Positions 63,991-64,000 of a DNA stretch of 64,000 nt are shown piece after piece. Position 1 is the stretch's first letter. The number at the start of each line of letters is the position of its first letter. The stretch covers positions 18,910,001 through 18,974,000 of the forward strand of contig JAGIQG010000024.1 of NCBI GenBank assembly GCA_024679065.1. The letters are read 5' to 3'. The notes under the pieces are model-generated. The model saw only the letters and a program-made list of their open reading frames with translations. It made no database searches and was not told where the DNA came from. The position numbers and the translations under genes were made by a program. This DNA comes from Sphyrna mokarran (taxonomy: Eukaryota).

Positions 63991-64000
63991 GTTTTTACTT

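Overview
This is eukaryotic, non-genic DNA (intergenic or a large intron) from a shark. The ~20 HE1-type V-SINEs point to an elasmobranch, probably a ground shark (Carcharhiniformes); the species cannot be fixed from sequence alone. The window is a nested mosaic of mobile elements: CR1, L2, Rex1/Babar and a jockey-like-RT LINE; four SINE families; two decayed Gypsy elements and solo LTRs; Penelope-like elements; and PIF/Harbinger transposon relics plus their MITEs. The only long intact recognisable ORF is the RT C-terminus of a young 5'-truncated CR1 (43526-44557). No host protein-coding gene can be confidently identified. I see no prokaryotic-style system such as a CRISPR array or operon. Best observations: (i) a telomere-like 34-bp minisatellite apparently born from the RNase H catalytic motif of a Gypsy element; (ii) HE1 SINEs with two alternative 3' tails, suggesting a switch of LINE partner; (iii) repeated HE1 insertion at one site of another SINE; (iv) a U2 snRNA 5' fragment; (v) a 180-codon open, splice-flanked segment of possible Harbinger origin; (vi) a candidate Hox/Pbx/Meis enhancer between two ~140-bp direct repeats. 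Family names rest on recalled motifs, not database searches, and most boundaries are approximate.
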